Below are positions 16,540 to 25,721 of a stretch of 64,000 bases of DNA, one piece after another. How positions within the stretch are numbered: the first letter of the stretch is position 1; every line of letters starts with the position of its first letter. The stretch lies in assembly GCA_002816455.1 (NCBI GenBank), contig MUCR01000017.1, positions 6,702 through 70,701 on the forward strand, in the 5' to 3' direction. The stretch comes from SAR202 cluster bacterium Io17-Chloro-G4. Lineage in GTDB: Bacteria > Chloroflexota > Dehalococcoidia > Lucifugimonadales > UBA3495. The notes below the pieces were generated by a model. The model was not told the origin of the DNA. It did no database searches and worked only from the letters and a program-made list of their open reading frames with translations. Both the position numbers and the translations under genes were made by a program.

Positions 16540-18102
16540 TTAGGTTTTGGCCTCGCTGGTGATCACACCGTTGGTGATGACGCCCAATTCCCGCCAAAGC
16601 CCGTGGAGCAGGTCTTCCTCGCTGGGCAATCCGTTGGTATGGCGAGGCACCATGCCTTCCCGGGAGCGCCACATATACGTTAGGTCTTCTCCAATGAGCT
16701 CTATAATGGCGTTGCGCACACCGCTATCGGTGCCGATGTCCGGGTAAAGCTTCCAGCATTCGTTCTTAACCAGCTGTAACCACTCGCCTTCGGAGGTGCA
16801 CGAGGCCCGGTCCTCGGCAAAGTGCCACTGGTACCAAGCGGTAACCATTTCCCGGAAAATCGTCAGGTCCGACGCCGGAGCTCCTACTATGGACATCTGA
16901 ACATCGAACCGGTGATTGTCTCCGGGATGGCCTTCGACGGCGGCGAATCTGCGACCACCGCCTAATCCTCTGACGACTATGTCGTGGACGTTGGAGGCGG
17001 TGATGCCAACTCCGGATGCCGAGTCCACATGGCCCACACCGACTTCACCCACGCGCCACACCTTCTGCTCCATGGCTGCGGTACCACGGTGCATTTCAGC
17101 GAGCAGTTCGCCTAGTTCCTCGTTGTAGCGCATTCCATTGGATATCACGGAGAGGAACCCAGCTTCCAGTGACACCGTGTCCTGTATTTTTTCAGACAGG
17201 GCCAGAGCCAGCAGTTCTTCCATTTCTTCAGTGCTCACCCGATTGTTGCCGTAAACGCCCAGACCTTGCAAGGAGGACCGCACGGTTTCCGCAACCTCGT
17301 TTACATCAGCGGAGCTTATTTGGAACCGATCCAAGATTCGTGCGGCAATGCTCTGAGCCTGCTGTCCCCTCAGTAAGTTCCTTACGGTGGGGTCCTCGCT
17401 CTCGAAGCTCCAAAGGTCGGGGTCAATAACTTGTTGGAACAGCGGTCCTCCCAAGGTGGCCCGCCTTCTTAGACTGGCCGTCACCTCGAACCATGAAGCA
17501 ACGTACTCTTTGATCTCTTCTTCCATGGATTTAATAACATCGGCGACGTGGTTCCGGCACATGGTTTCCAGCCACTCGTCGATTTGTTGCTTCCACTTGG
17601 GAACTCGCCGTCGGCGGTCTTCGGGCCTGGCCAGTTCAGGATGGGTATATTCATTTATGCTGGGCAGGTCCCGTTGAATGGCCCTGGCGGATAGATTCTC
17701 CCACCTGCGAATGGCCGGGTCTTGATGAGGCGCCACTATCAAACCCTGGACGTACAGGTTTTCCAGCCGAGCGCGGATTTCCCGGGTCAGCTCGTCTTTC
17801 TTCTCGTCAGCAAGAAAGCTGGCTCGTACTAGTTCGTTTCTAATTTCTCCGTTGGCCTCCAGGATTATCCGGTCGGCCACCGCTACGTCGGGGCCCAACT
17901 GCTCAAAGACCAGTTTGATGGCTTTTTCCACGTCTTCCAATCCGCCATGCATCACAGCGTGAATCTGCTGAAAGGCGTCTCTGGAGCTGATGTTGCCCGA
18001 TTCGACGGCCAGGAAATCCAGCGGGTCGATGGATTGGCGCACCTTGGTCGATTCCTCTTTGTACGAGAGTTTTTTCTTACTCAGCCATGAAACATTTGGC
18101 AT
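16540..18102 (-). CDS. Hypothetical 520-aa protein, tightly coupled partner of the tubulin/FtsZ-like gene
   Basis: The ATG lies 7 nt after the upstream stop. The N-terminal and middle parts look charged and helical, and the C-terminal part looks beta-rich (GVGHVDSASGVGITASNVHDIVVRGLGGGRRF...). I recognised no family. Confidence 0.6.
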   Translation of the reverse strand: MPNVSWLSKKKLSYKEESTKVRQSIDPLDFLAVESGNISSRDAFQQIHAVMHGGLEDVEKAIKLVFEQLGPDVAVADRIILEANGEIRNELVRASFLADEKKDELTREIRARLENLYVQGLIVAPHQDPAIRRWENLSARAIQRDLPSINEYTHPELARPEDRRRRVPKWKQQIDEWLETMCRNHVADVIKSMEEEIKEYVASWFEVTASLRRRATLGGPLFQQVIDPDLWSFESEDPTVRNLLRGQQAQSIAARILDRFQISSADVNEVAETVRSSLQGLGVYGNNRVSTEEMEELLALALSEKIQDTVSLEAGFLSVISNGMRYNEELGELLAEMHRGTAAMEQKVWRVGEVGVGHVDSASGVGITASNVHDIVVRGLGGGRRFAAVEGHPGDNHRFDVQMSIVGAPASDLTIFREMVTAWYQWHFAEDRASCTSEGEWLQLVKNECWKLYPDIGTDSGVRNAIIELIGEDLTYMWRSREGMVPRHTNGLPSEEDLLHGLWRELGVITNGVITSEAKT

Positions 18103-18109
18103 GATTAAC

Positions 18110-19150
18110 CTACCTGCTACCGACGTTCCATTTGGTCTGCAAATATTGACGGGCGGTCAAATTGAAGAAGCCTTCAAGGAGGCCGACCTCTTTGGAGCTG
18201 ATGGACCCGAAGCGGGCATCAACCCGATTGTTGGCCTCCCTCATGGTCTCGTGATACCTGGCCCACCAGTCTGACCCGCTGCCCCAAGAGTCGGCCACCA
18301 GATTTTCTAAGATGCGGGCAACGTGAGCCCGTTGTGCCGGGATCGAGTCTTTGGGTGAACGATGAAGCAGTCCGATGTCGAAATGGGGACCGGTGGCTTC
18401 AATGAGTTTGTCGGGATAGACCGTAATACGGAAAGTGTCCGACCCGGTATGCTTTCCTTCGCCTGCCGCCACGCCGGTGGCCGACCTCAAAAACTGCATA
18501 GTTGAATAGGTGTTTCTGAGTTGCAGCGGGTAGCTGTTGTCCGGGTCCCTGGAGAGACCTCTCTGGGGCATCAGCAGGTGCAAAACCACGCTAAAGTTGT
18601 ATGCGGTGCCCCGCGCCTCGGACAGAGCCGCAAGCAATACGGGAAGAGCGCCGATGGTGCCGCCGCCCAAGAAGGCGACTACGTGGGCCCTTAGATAAGT
18701 TTTGCCTTCATAGTACGGGCACACTTCGCTGATGATGGAGTCTATATGTCCGCGCATGGCGGCATAGTTGTAACGGGCAGCAACGCCGGCATTGGCCAAC
18801 ATTCCCAAAGCGCCTTCCCTGGAAAGGCTTAGGTGCTTGAGTTCCGGCACACATTCCGTGATCCAGGGTCTCAGGTCACGAAGGTTGGAAAAATGAGGGA
18901 GTGTTAGAGGAATAAACCGCGAGGCCCGGGAGATTTCTTCCCGGGTAGCTTCCCTCGTATCGAGATATAGGAAGCCTAAACTGTTCCTGTCGGAGGAACT
19001 CCAAGACTCAGTGGTGGTTTCTAGATGTTGTGTTATTTGGCAGGCTGTAGTACCCAGGCCTATAACCACCGACGGCGATGCAACGCGCTGCGTCGCCCTC
19101 GTCCCTCCAAGCCGCGAAAGGACGTTTCTCCGGACTGTTGACGATACCAT
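18110..19150 (-). CDS. Divergent tubulin/FtsZ-superfamily (Tubulin_2-like) protein, 346 aa
   Basis: Motifs occur in the order VVIGLGTTACQI, FLYLDT, EGALGMLANAGVA, VVAFLGGGTIGALPVLL (compare FtsZ GGGTGTGAAPV), VVLHLLMPQRG, NTYSTMQFL. A strong SD (AGGAGG) precedes the ATG. Confidence 0.55.
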   Translation of the reverse strand: MVSSTVRRNVLSRLGGTRATQRVASPSVVIGLGTTACQITQHLETTTESWSSSDRNSLGFLYLDTREATREEISRASRFIPLTLPHFSNLRDLRPWITECVPELKHLSLSREGALGMLANAGVAARYNYAAMRGHIDSIISEVCPYYEGKTYLRAHVVAFLGGGTIGALPVLLAALSEARGTAYNFSVVLHLLMPQRGLSRDPDNSYPLQLRNTYSTMQFLRSATGVAAGEGKHTGSDTFRITVYPDKLIEATGPHFDIGLLHRSPKDSIPAQRAHVARILENLVADSWGSGSDWWARYHETMREANNRVDARFGSISSKEVGLLEGFFNLTARQYLQTKWNVGSR

Positions 19151-19220
19151 AGGCCCTCCTGGATATAGCTACACACCTCCCCACTATCTTCACAGATTCC
19201 CCGTGTATTCAGCTAAGTAA

Positions 19221-19248
19221 TTTATATCATCATTCTGTTGTCTGTCAA
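19221..19248 (-). promoter_or_regulatory. Putative sigma70-type promoter of the tubulin-like operon (TTGACA-N16-TATAAA with TG extended -10)
   Basis: The minus strand reads TTGACAgacaacagaatgaTGaTATAAA, about 70 nt upstream of ATG 19150, inside an AT-rich tract. Confidence 0.45.
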
Positions 19249-19603
19249 ATTAGGGCTTCTGAATTCGGTAACATCTTATTGGGCTTGAAGGCGTTTAGGT
19301 ATCCTTCACAGCGAATTCATCCACCCATCCCGTTAAAGGCTAAAATGTTATATTAACGGGCGTAACGTGGTGCTTATACGGCTATGCCACCAATTAGGCT
19401 TATATCTGAAATATGTGCTATTTGATTAACTTAAAAATCGACGGAATTCGTAATCCGTCTAGTGGACATAAAAACGCCCGATATCCCTTTCCTGTTAACC
19501 GGAATCAAGCCATCTCTGGATACCCACCACGAGCCCAAGCGCCGTTAGTGGCCAGGTTGTGGAGTCCACCCTCTCTTTTGTCACGGCGCCGTGCCTCTAA
19601 TGT

Positions 19604-19676
19604 GTCATTCTGAGGAGCGTAGCAACGAAGAATCTGTTGCACTAGGCGCAACGATGGTTCGCCTCTCTCAGAATGA
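19604..19676. repeat. Repeat family 3 hairpin
   Basis: GTCATTCTGAGGAGCGTAGCAACGAAGAATC ... CTCTCTCAGAATGA, located 3' of the ThDP-enzyme gene. Confidence 0.75.
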
Positions 19677-19745
19677 AAGGCTCCCAATGACTTTTGAGGC
19701 AACGCCTCGCCACAGGCGAGCACGGCTCGGATTAACGTTGCAAGA

Positions 19746-21419
19746 TTAGAGAGACCCGTCGATGCTCACGTCGAGTAAGGCGGGTTTTCCGCTGTCGTAA
19801 GCCCGGCGCAACGCCGGTCCCAGTTCTTTGGGGTCCTCTACTCTCTCACCGGCGACTCCCATACCTTGGGCGATGGCGGAAATGTTTAAGGGGTTGTCGA
19901 AGTTCATGCCGACGTAATCGCTTTGGCGTTCCTTATCCTCCAGCATCCGCTGTAGGTAAATGTCCATGTTTACCTTGAGAATACGGTAGGCCCGGTTGTT
20001 GCAGATGGCGTAAACCACGGGGATGTTGTACTTGGCGGCAGTCCACAAAGCCTGCACTGTGTAAAGGGACGCGCCGTCGCCCACCACTGCCAGGACCGGT
20101 CTGTCCGGGTTGGCCAGCTTGATCCCCAAAGCGCCCGGCATGGCCCAGCCCAAAGCGCCGCCCTGAATGCCGTAAAAGCTGCCGGGCTCATCAAAGTTGA
20201 AGGCCCGGTTCAGGGCTGGCCTCGAGGTTATGGCCTCATCAGCTACTATCACGTCGGGAGGTGAGGCCTCGGCCAACTCTTGCATCATCTGCTCCACGGC
20301 CATGGGGCTGCGACCGGTAAGGCCCCGGAGCCGTTCCTGGTACTGCTCGTCAGAGCGGCGGCGCTCGTCGGCGTAAGTTGCGGACCGTGTGGCCGCCGCC
20401 TCTTTGGCAGATGCCGACATGTCTTGTCCCAGGGCGTCGGTCAATTCCGCAGTTCCCGCTGCCGGGTCGGCCAGAATGCCCACTTCGGTGGCGTAGATTT
20501 TTTCGACTTCTTCGTAGTTACTGTCCAGATGTATCAGCTTCGTTGTAGGAGACAGGAACGGGTTTTCGACGTACAAGAATGAATTGAATACGTTGGCGCC
20601 GATGGCTACCACCACGTCGGCCCCGGCCAGTTGCCTGGCGGTCGAGGGGTTGTTCAGGTTCAGGATTCCAGCGTACAAAGGATGGCTGGTTGGAAAGTTG
20701 ACCTCCGTATAGGCCGATGCGTAAACCTTCGACCCAAGTTGCTCGGCCAATCCCACTACTTGGGAAACTGCTCCCGATTGGGCCACCCGGTCTCCCACTA
20801 CGATGACTGGGTTATCGGCTTGGGACAGAAGCATTGAGGCTTGTGCGATCGCATCGGTATCGGGGCGGACTCGGTGGTAGCCGGGTGAAGACGGGACGAT
20901 ATCTACGTCTGACAGATCATCCATGGTGTCCCATGGGAAGGACAAGAACACCGGCCCGGTTGGAGGAGTTTTGGCCTCTTTGAAAGCCCGTCGCACCGCC
21001 ACAGGTATGTCCGACGCATGTAATATCTCGGCGCTCCACTTGGTGTATTGCGAGGTCATCTGGACCAGGTCGCCGGACAATACCGGATCGGCCATGAACA
21101 TGCGGGTATCCGAATTTCCCGCCGTTAATATTAACGGTGTGCCGCCCCTATGGGCGTTGTATAAAGCGCTGATGCCGTTGGCCAAGCCCCCGGCGATATG
21201 TATGTTGGCGAATGCAGGCTTTCCCGTGGCCCGAGCGTAGCCGTCGGCCATGCCCACCGCTGTACCTTCCTGGAGCGCTTGGATGTACTTCAATTGAGGG
21301 AAGTCCTGTAAAACGTCCAAAAAGGGCGTTTCGCTGGTGCCCGGATTCCCGAAAATGTACTCCACACCTTCAGCAGCCAGCATTTGGGCCAAGGCTTGTT
21401 TCCCAGACATTGACGGCAT
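19746..21419 (-). CDS. Thiamine-diphosphate-dependent enzyme (benzoylformate decarboxylase / acetolactate synthase-like)
   Basis: 557 aa, with GVEYIFGNPGTSE at the N-terminus and the ThDP motif GDGASLY...NN. Confidence 0.85.
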   Translation of the reverse strand: MPSMSGKQALAQMLAAEGVEYIFGNPGTSETPFLDVLQDFPQLKYIQALQEGTAVGMADGYARATGKPAFANIHIAGGLANGISALYNAHRGGTPLILTAGNSDTRMFMADPVLSGDLVQMTSQYTKWSAEILHASDIPVAVRRAFKEAKTPPTGPVFLSFPWDTMDDLSDVDIVPSSPGYHRVRPDTDAIAQASMLLSQADNPVIVVGDRVAQSGAVSQVVGLAEQLGSKVYASAYTEVNFPTSHPLYAGILNLNNPSTARQLAGADVVVAIGANVFNSFLYVENPFLSPTTKLIHLDSNYEEVEKIYATEVGILADPAAGTAELTDALGQDMSASAKEAAATRSATYADERRRSDEQYQERLRGLTGRSPMAVEQMMQELAEASPPDVIVADEAITSRPALNRAFNFDEPGSFYGIQGGALGWAMPGALGIKLANPDRPVLAVVGDGASLYTVQALWTAAKYNIPVVYAICNNRAYRILKVNMDIYLQRMLEDKERQSDYVGMNFDNPLNISAIAQGMGVAGERVEDPKELGPALRRAYDSGKPALLDVSIDGSL

Positions 21420-21518
21420 TTTTTCTTCCTTTTATATTGTCGTTTGGTGAATTGCTAAGTCCCAGGGCCTGGGCCCTAAATATTAAACCATTGCCGACAT
21501 CAATCGGCTACGCCCAAT

Positions 21519-21567
21519 GGCTGAAGGCTGAAGGCTGAAGGCTGACCGCTGACAGCTATGAGCTAGC
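21519..21567. repeat. Repeat family 4, with a 7-bp tandem GGCTGAA x3.5
   Basis: GGCTGAAGGCTGAAGGCTGAAGGCTGACCGCTGACAGCTATGAGCTAGC, abutting the stop of the VOC gene. Confidence 0.75.
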
Positions 21568-21568
21568 C

Positions 21569-21976
21569 TCACAAATAAACCATCCATTCCAGCAGGTTGT
21601 CGTCAGGGTCTCTAGCGTACATGCTGACGGCGGGCAATGTGCCTCCGGCCTTGGCTCCCTTACGAGGGCCGGGACCCCGAATGATCTCGACTCCCAGGCC
21701 TTCCAGCCAAGATTTGCATTCTTCAGCTGTGCCGTCCCAAACGAAGCAAATGTCCCCGCAACCAGGGACTGCCGTCGGTCCGCGCAAATCGGCGGTAAAG
21801 CCCTCGGGGTGGACGTTTACTTTAGAATCGCCTATTTGAATCGAAAATATTCGGGCGTCGCCGGCCCGCCACTCGGCTTCGTCATTGATGGTGAAGCCAA
21901 GCCGTTTGTAGAACTCAATTAAGCGCTCCGCATTGGCGGTGGGTATAGCGATATGGTCAATCCCTACTGTTCCCAC
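21569..21976 (-). CDS. VOC-family (glyoxalase/bleomycin-resistance/dioxygenase) protein
   Basis: 135 aa. IDHIAIPTANAERLIEFYKRLGF and the paired beta-alpha-beta-beta-beta layout fit the family. The start is GTG after GGAGAG. Confidence 0.8.
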   Translation of the reverse strand: MGTVGIDHIAIPTANAERLIEFYKRLGFTINDEAEWRAGDARIFSIQIGDSKVNVHPEGFTADLRGPTAVPGCGDICFVWDGTAEECKSWLEGLGVEIIRGPGPRKGAKAGGTLPAVSMYARDPDDNLLEWMVYL

Positions 21977-22046
21977 GATGGCTCTCCTCTTCCCCTAAAG
22001 CAGATTTATCACAGCCCGACCGCCCTGCCCTATTAGAGCTTTTAAC

Positions 22047-22128
22047 TTCACCGCAGAGGCGCTGAGATCGCAGAGATTTGAGGGTAATTATGACTAAAAC
22101 TCTGCGTTCTCTGCGCCTCTGCGGTGAA
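22047..22128. repeat. Repeat family 2 hairpin (TTCACCGCAGAGGCGC...CGCAGAG / CTCTGCG...GCGCCTCTGCGGTGAA)
   Basis: A long inverted repeat 3' of the cysteine desulfurase gene. Related copies lie at 27782, 41270 and 63113. Confidence 0.85.
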
Positions 22129-22142
22129 ATATTTAGATAAGC

Positions 22143-23291
22143 TTAGCCTGATTGATGTGCAGGGATCAAACTCGTGACCACCCTGCTTATCTCCTCCGTC
22201 GCCCGCTTTATCTCATCACTGGTGGTGAACCGTCCCACGGAAAACCGGATCGTGCCCATGGCGTACTCTATGGGCACCTTCATGGCTTGCAATACGCTGG
22301 ATATTTCCACACCGTCGCTGTGACAAGCAGCGCCAGCAGAGGCCGCGACGCCGTCAAAACCGGCCAAGATTCGATTGGCTTCAAGATTCTTGAAGCTAAT
22401 GCTGGAAGTGTTGGGCAGTCGCTTTTCAGGGTGCCCGTTTAACCGAGAGTTAGGGAATCGGTCCAAAAGGCCCGATTCCAGCTGGTCCCGCATCTTGGCC
22501 ATGTGGCTTTGGTATTCGGGCAGATTTTGGTGAATCAACTGGCAAGCCTTGCCCAGCCCAACTATTTCGATAACGTTTTCGGTGCCAGCACGCCAGTTCA
22601 TCTCGTGATTGGCCCCGTGGATCAGTTTCTCCAGCTTTACCCCGGTTCGGACGTATAGCACGCCAACACCTTTCGGGGCATAAAGTTTATGCCCGGCCAC
22701 GGTTAGCAGGTCGACTCCCAGGTCGTCAACGTTGACCGGAATCTTGCCGATGGACTGGGCGCAGTCGGCGTGAACCAAGGCTCCGTGGCGGTGGGCGATT
22801 TCAGCGATCTCCCGGATGGGCTCCACAGTGCCGACCTCGTTATTGGCGTGCATGACCGTCACCAGCACGGTTTGGTCGGTGATGGCGTCCGAAACTTGTC
22901 GGGGGTCTAGCAACCCAAACTGGTCAACGGGTAAATAGGTAACTCGGCTGTCCTTTTCTTCAAGATAGCGGCAGACCTCTATAACGGCCGGGTGCTCCAC
23001 CGATGAAGTAATAATGTGGTTGCCCTTGATTGAGTAGGCGCCAGCCACGCCTTTAATGGCGTAGTTGTTGGCTTCAGTCCCGCCGCTGGTGAAAATCACT
23101 TCTTGGGGCAGGCAGCCCAGCATATCTCCGATACGGCCCCGTGCTTCTTCAACGGCGGTATGAGTGGTGACTCCCAATGCGTGGCTACTGGACGGGTTGC
23201 CGTAGTGCTGGTGGACGAAAGGCAGCATCGCCTCAGCGACTTGCGGGTCGATAGGTGTCGTGGCGTTGTAGTCCAGGTAAATCGGTTCCAT
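22143..23291 (-). CDS. Cysteine desulfurase (NifS/IscS-type class V aminotransferase)
   Basis: Contains IYLDYNATTP, GNPSSSH, the PLP-lysine context GHKLYAPKGVG and the active-site Cys loop SAGAACHS. Confidence 0.9.
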   Translation of the reverse strand: MEPIYLDYNATTPIDPQVAEAMLPFVHQHYGNPSSSHALGVTTHTAVEEARGRIGDMLGCLPQEVIFTSGGTEANNYAIKGVAGAYSIKGNHIITSSVEHPAVIEVCRYLEEKDSRVTYLPVDQFGLLDPRQVSDAITDQTVLVTVMHANNEVGTVEPIREIAEIAHRHGALVHADCAQSIGKIPVNVDDLGVDLLTVAGHKLYAPKGVGVLYVRTGVKLEKLIHGANHEMNWRAGTENVIEIVGLGKACQLIHQNLPEYQSHMAKMRDQLESGLLDRFPNSRLNGHPEKRLPNTSSISFKNLEANRILAGFDGVAASAGAACHSDGVEISSVLQAMKVPIEYAMGTIRFSVGRFTTSDEIKRATEEISRVVTSLIPAHQSG

Positions 23292-23808
23292 TTAATGCTT
23301 TAATGCTAGTCCAATAACGTTTAATTATGCCCAACACGCGGGTGGCAAGGACTCACCAATGTTAGCCGCAACCACTGCTACTGGCAAGGCGACACCGGTT
23401 TTAGGCAGCCCATGACATTGAGCCAGACTATTTGTGATTTGCCGGGATGTATGGTAATTTTGGGGCACTTTTGAGGCTAATTTCCGGTTAAATTACTTCG
23501 AGCGCGGAGACATACGGTCCTCAAGCAGCTCAACAATGGACACATTGATGGACATCTACGTTTTGATAGCTTTTGATCCGGGCGCCAGAAACCGTTTTGG
23601 CAGTGAAGTGGCGGGTTGGCTGGAGGAAGAGGGTTTTCGTGACACCCAGTTGGTGCCTCTACCAACTCATCTGGCCTTGGCGCTGGCGAACAAGCCGCTA
23701 TAGATTACTGGAGACTATAGGGTCCAGTTAGATGCGAAGCCGATGAGCAACACGGCGAATTCCTGGATAGAATAACATAAGAACAAGTGTTAACTGGAGG
23801 TTGATTCT

Positions 23809-24003
23809 GTGCATAACGAGTTTACTGGCATTGTTGAGCAGGATGGGGATTGGTATGTTGCTTACTGCCCCGAGATTCCTGGAGCTAATGGGCAGGGACG
23901 ATCGAAAGACGAGGCCCTGGGGAGCTTGTCTGAAGCAATAGGACTTATCCTTGAGGACCGGAGGGAAGAAGGGCTCCGAGGAGTGCCGCCCGAGGCGATG
24001 TAA
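23809..24003 (+). CDS. hicB: HicB-family antitoxin (UPF0150-like)
   Basis: 64 aa. FTGIVEQDGDWYVAYCPEIPGANGQGRSKDEALGSLSEAI fits the family. The start is GTG after GGAGG. Confidence 0.75.
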   Translation: MHNEFTGIVEQDGDWYVAYCPEIPGANGQGRSKDEALGSLSEAIGLILEDRREEGLRGVPPEAM

Positions 24004-24020
24004 GAAATGGTAATTGTGGA

Positions 24021-24200
24021 GTGAACCGGGGAAGCTTACTTCGGCACCTCCGAAGGCACGGATGCTATCTTAAGCGTGAAGGCCGGGCTCACTCTCTGTG
24101 GGCCAACCCTGCTACAGGGGCCACCGAAGCAGTCCCGCGTCATTCGGAAGTCGCCAACCTGCTCGCCCAGAGAATCTGCCGCAATTTGTCCATACCATAA
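24021..24200 (+). CDS. hicA: HicA-family mRNA-interferase toxin (59 aa, below the ORF-track cutoff)
   Basis: My own translation from GTG 24021 gives MNRGSLLRHLRRHGCYLKREGRAHSLWANPATGATEAVPRHSEVANLLAQRICRNLSIP, which matches the HicA pattern (..L...GC...R.G..H.......G....VPRH.E.......I...L.I). Confidence 0.75.
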   Translation: MNRGSLLRHLRRHGCYLKREGRAHSLWANPATGATEAVPRHSEVANLLAQRICRNLSIP

Positions 24201-24248
24201 ATCGGCCGCCGGTAATCACAATCCTTCGCACAGGCTGATGGAGAAAAA

Positions 24249-25721
24249 ATGTTGGACCTACTTCTAAAAGACGCCCGGGTGGTCGACGGCACCGGACAGA
24301 CTTGGTTCTGGGCGAGCGTTGGCGTGGAAGGTGACCAAGTTACCGTAATGCGGGGCGACGCCTCCTCAATCCAGGCGTCGCGAATAATTGATGCCAGCCG
24401 CTACGTGGTCTGCCCCGGCTTTATAGACATGCACTCCCACTCGGAGTTGATGCTGCTTGGCGACCCTCGCCACGAGGCCAAAGTGCGCCAAGGCGTTACC
24501 ACCGAGCTTATGGGCTTGGACGGCCTGTCCTATGCGCCGATATCTCCTCCCAAGCTGGAACAATTGCTTGTGTACCTGGCTGCGGTTAACGGCACCCCGC
24601 CTTCGGGAGTTGGCTGGAGTACCGTGAGAGAGTTCTTGGACCTGTTCGACGAACGAGTTGCCTGCAACGTCGCCTACATGGTGCCTCACGCCGCCATCCG
24701 CATCGAGGCCATGGGCTGGGAAGACCGGTTGCCCACCGAGACGGAGCTTAACCGCATGCGGGAACTAGCTACCCAGGGTATGCGCGACGGGGCTTTTGGA
24801 TTCGCCACCGGTTTGACCTACGCTCCCGGCGCCTACAGCGACACCGACGAGTTGGTGGCGGTGTGTGATGCAATCAAGAACCTGGGCGGCATTTACATGA
24901 CCCACGCTCGTTATAGCCTGGGAGACCGCCTACTTGACCCGTTTAGGGAGGTGGTGACCGTTGGCCGGCGCTCCGGAGTGCCAGTGCATATTTCCCACTA
25001 CCACAATCCCGTGGACGGCATGGGCCAGCAAATGATTGACTTGGTGGACGATGGTAGGAATGAAGGCATAGACGTCACCTTCGACCAATACCCTTATGCC
25101 GCCGCCAGTACTATATTGCACTCCCTTCTGCCGTATTGGGTCCACGCCGGTGGTCCGTCGGCGCTGCTACAGAGGCTACAGGACCGCAACGTGAGGGAGC
25201 AGATCGGCGACGCAGTGAACCCCATGTGGGGCCTAACACTTGACCACTACATTTTTAGCCACGTTGGGTCGGACAAGAACAAGGAGTGGGAGGGCCGCTC
25301 GCTGACTGATCTATCCAAAGCCAAAGGGACGCCCATGGTGGACACGATCTGCGATTTCCTTCTGGAAGAGAACTTGGAAGTTGCCTTTGTCGCCCGCACC
25401 GGAAACCCGGACAACATCCGGAAAATCGCCCAGCACCCAGCCCAGATGGTGGGCTCCGACGGCATCTTGACCGGTGACATGCCCAATCCCCGGACCTACG
25501 GCACCTTCCCCTACGTCCTGGGCCAATTCGTACGGGAGGAAGGTCTGCTGCGCTTGGAAGACGCAGTGCGGAAAATGACGTCAATGCCGGCCCAGCGATT
25601 GGGATTGAAGGATCGGGGCATCCTCCGGGACGGCATGAAAGCCGACATCGTGGCCTTCGACCCGGACCGGGTAGAAGCCAGGGCAACCTTCGACGACCCC
25701 AAGCAATACCAGAGGGGATAG
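24249..25721 (+). CDS. D-aminoacylase (N-acyl-D-amino-acid deacylase, amidohydrolase superfamily); 3' end apparently frameshifted
   Basis: Contains DARVVDGTG, PGFIDMHSHSE and related segments. The conserved C-terminus (GIDYVVVNGKLVVDNGVHTGATPGRALRSQ*) continues in another frame to 25807. Confidence 0.8.
   Translation: MLDLLLKDARVVDGTGQTWFWASVGVEGDQVTVMRGDASSIQASRIIDASRYVVCPGFIDMHSHSELMLLGDPRHEAKVRQGVTTELMGLDGLSYAPISPPKLEQLLVYLAAVNGTPPSGVGWSTVREFLDLFDERVACNVAYMVPHAAIRIEAMGWEDRLPTETELNRMRELATQGMRDGAFGFATGLTYAPGAYSDTDELVAVCDAIKNLGGIYMTHARYSLGDRLLDPFREVVTVGRRSGVPVHISHYHNPVDGMGQQMIDLVDDGRNEGIDVTFDQYPYAAASTILHSLLPYWVHAGGPSALLQRLQDRNVREQIGDAVNPMWGLTLDHYIFSHVGSDKNKEWEGRSLTDLSKAKGTPMVDTICDFLLEENLEVAFVARTGNPDNIRKIAQHPAQMVGSDGILTGDMPNPRTYGTFPYVLGQFVREEGLLRLEDAVRKMTSMPAQRLGLKDRGILRDGMKADIVAFDPDRVEARATFDDPKQYQRG

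Noticed and set aside
19413-19723. ORFs 19413-19613 (+) and 19505-19723 (-) in the long gap upstream of the tubulin-like operon.
   Set aside because: Neither has an SD. Both run through family-3 and family-1 repeat sequence, and their composition is odd. I treat the region as non-coding.
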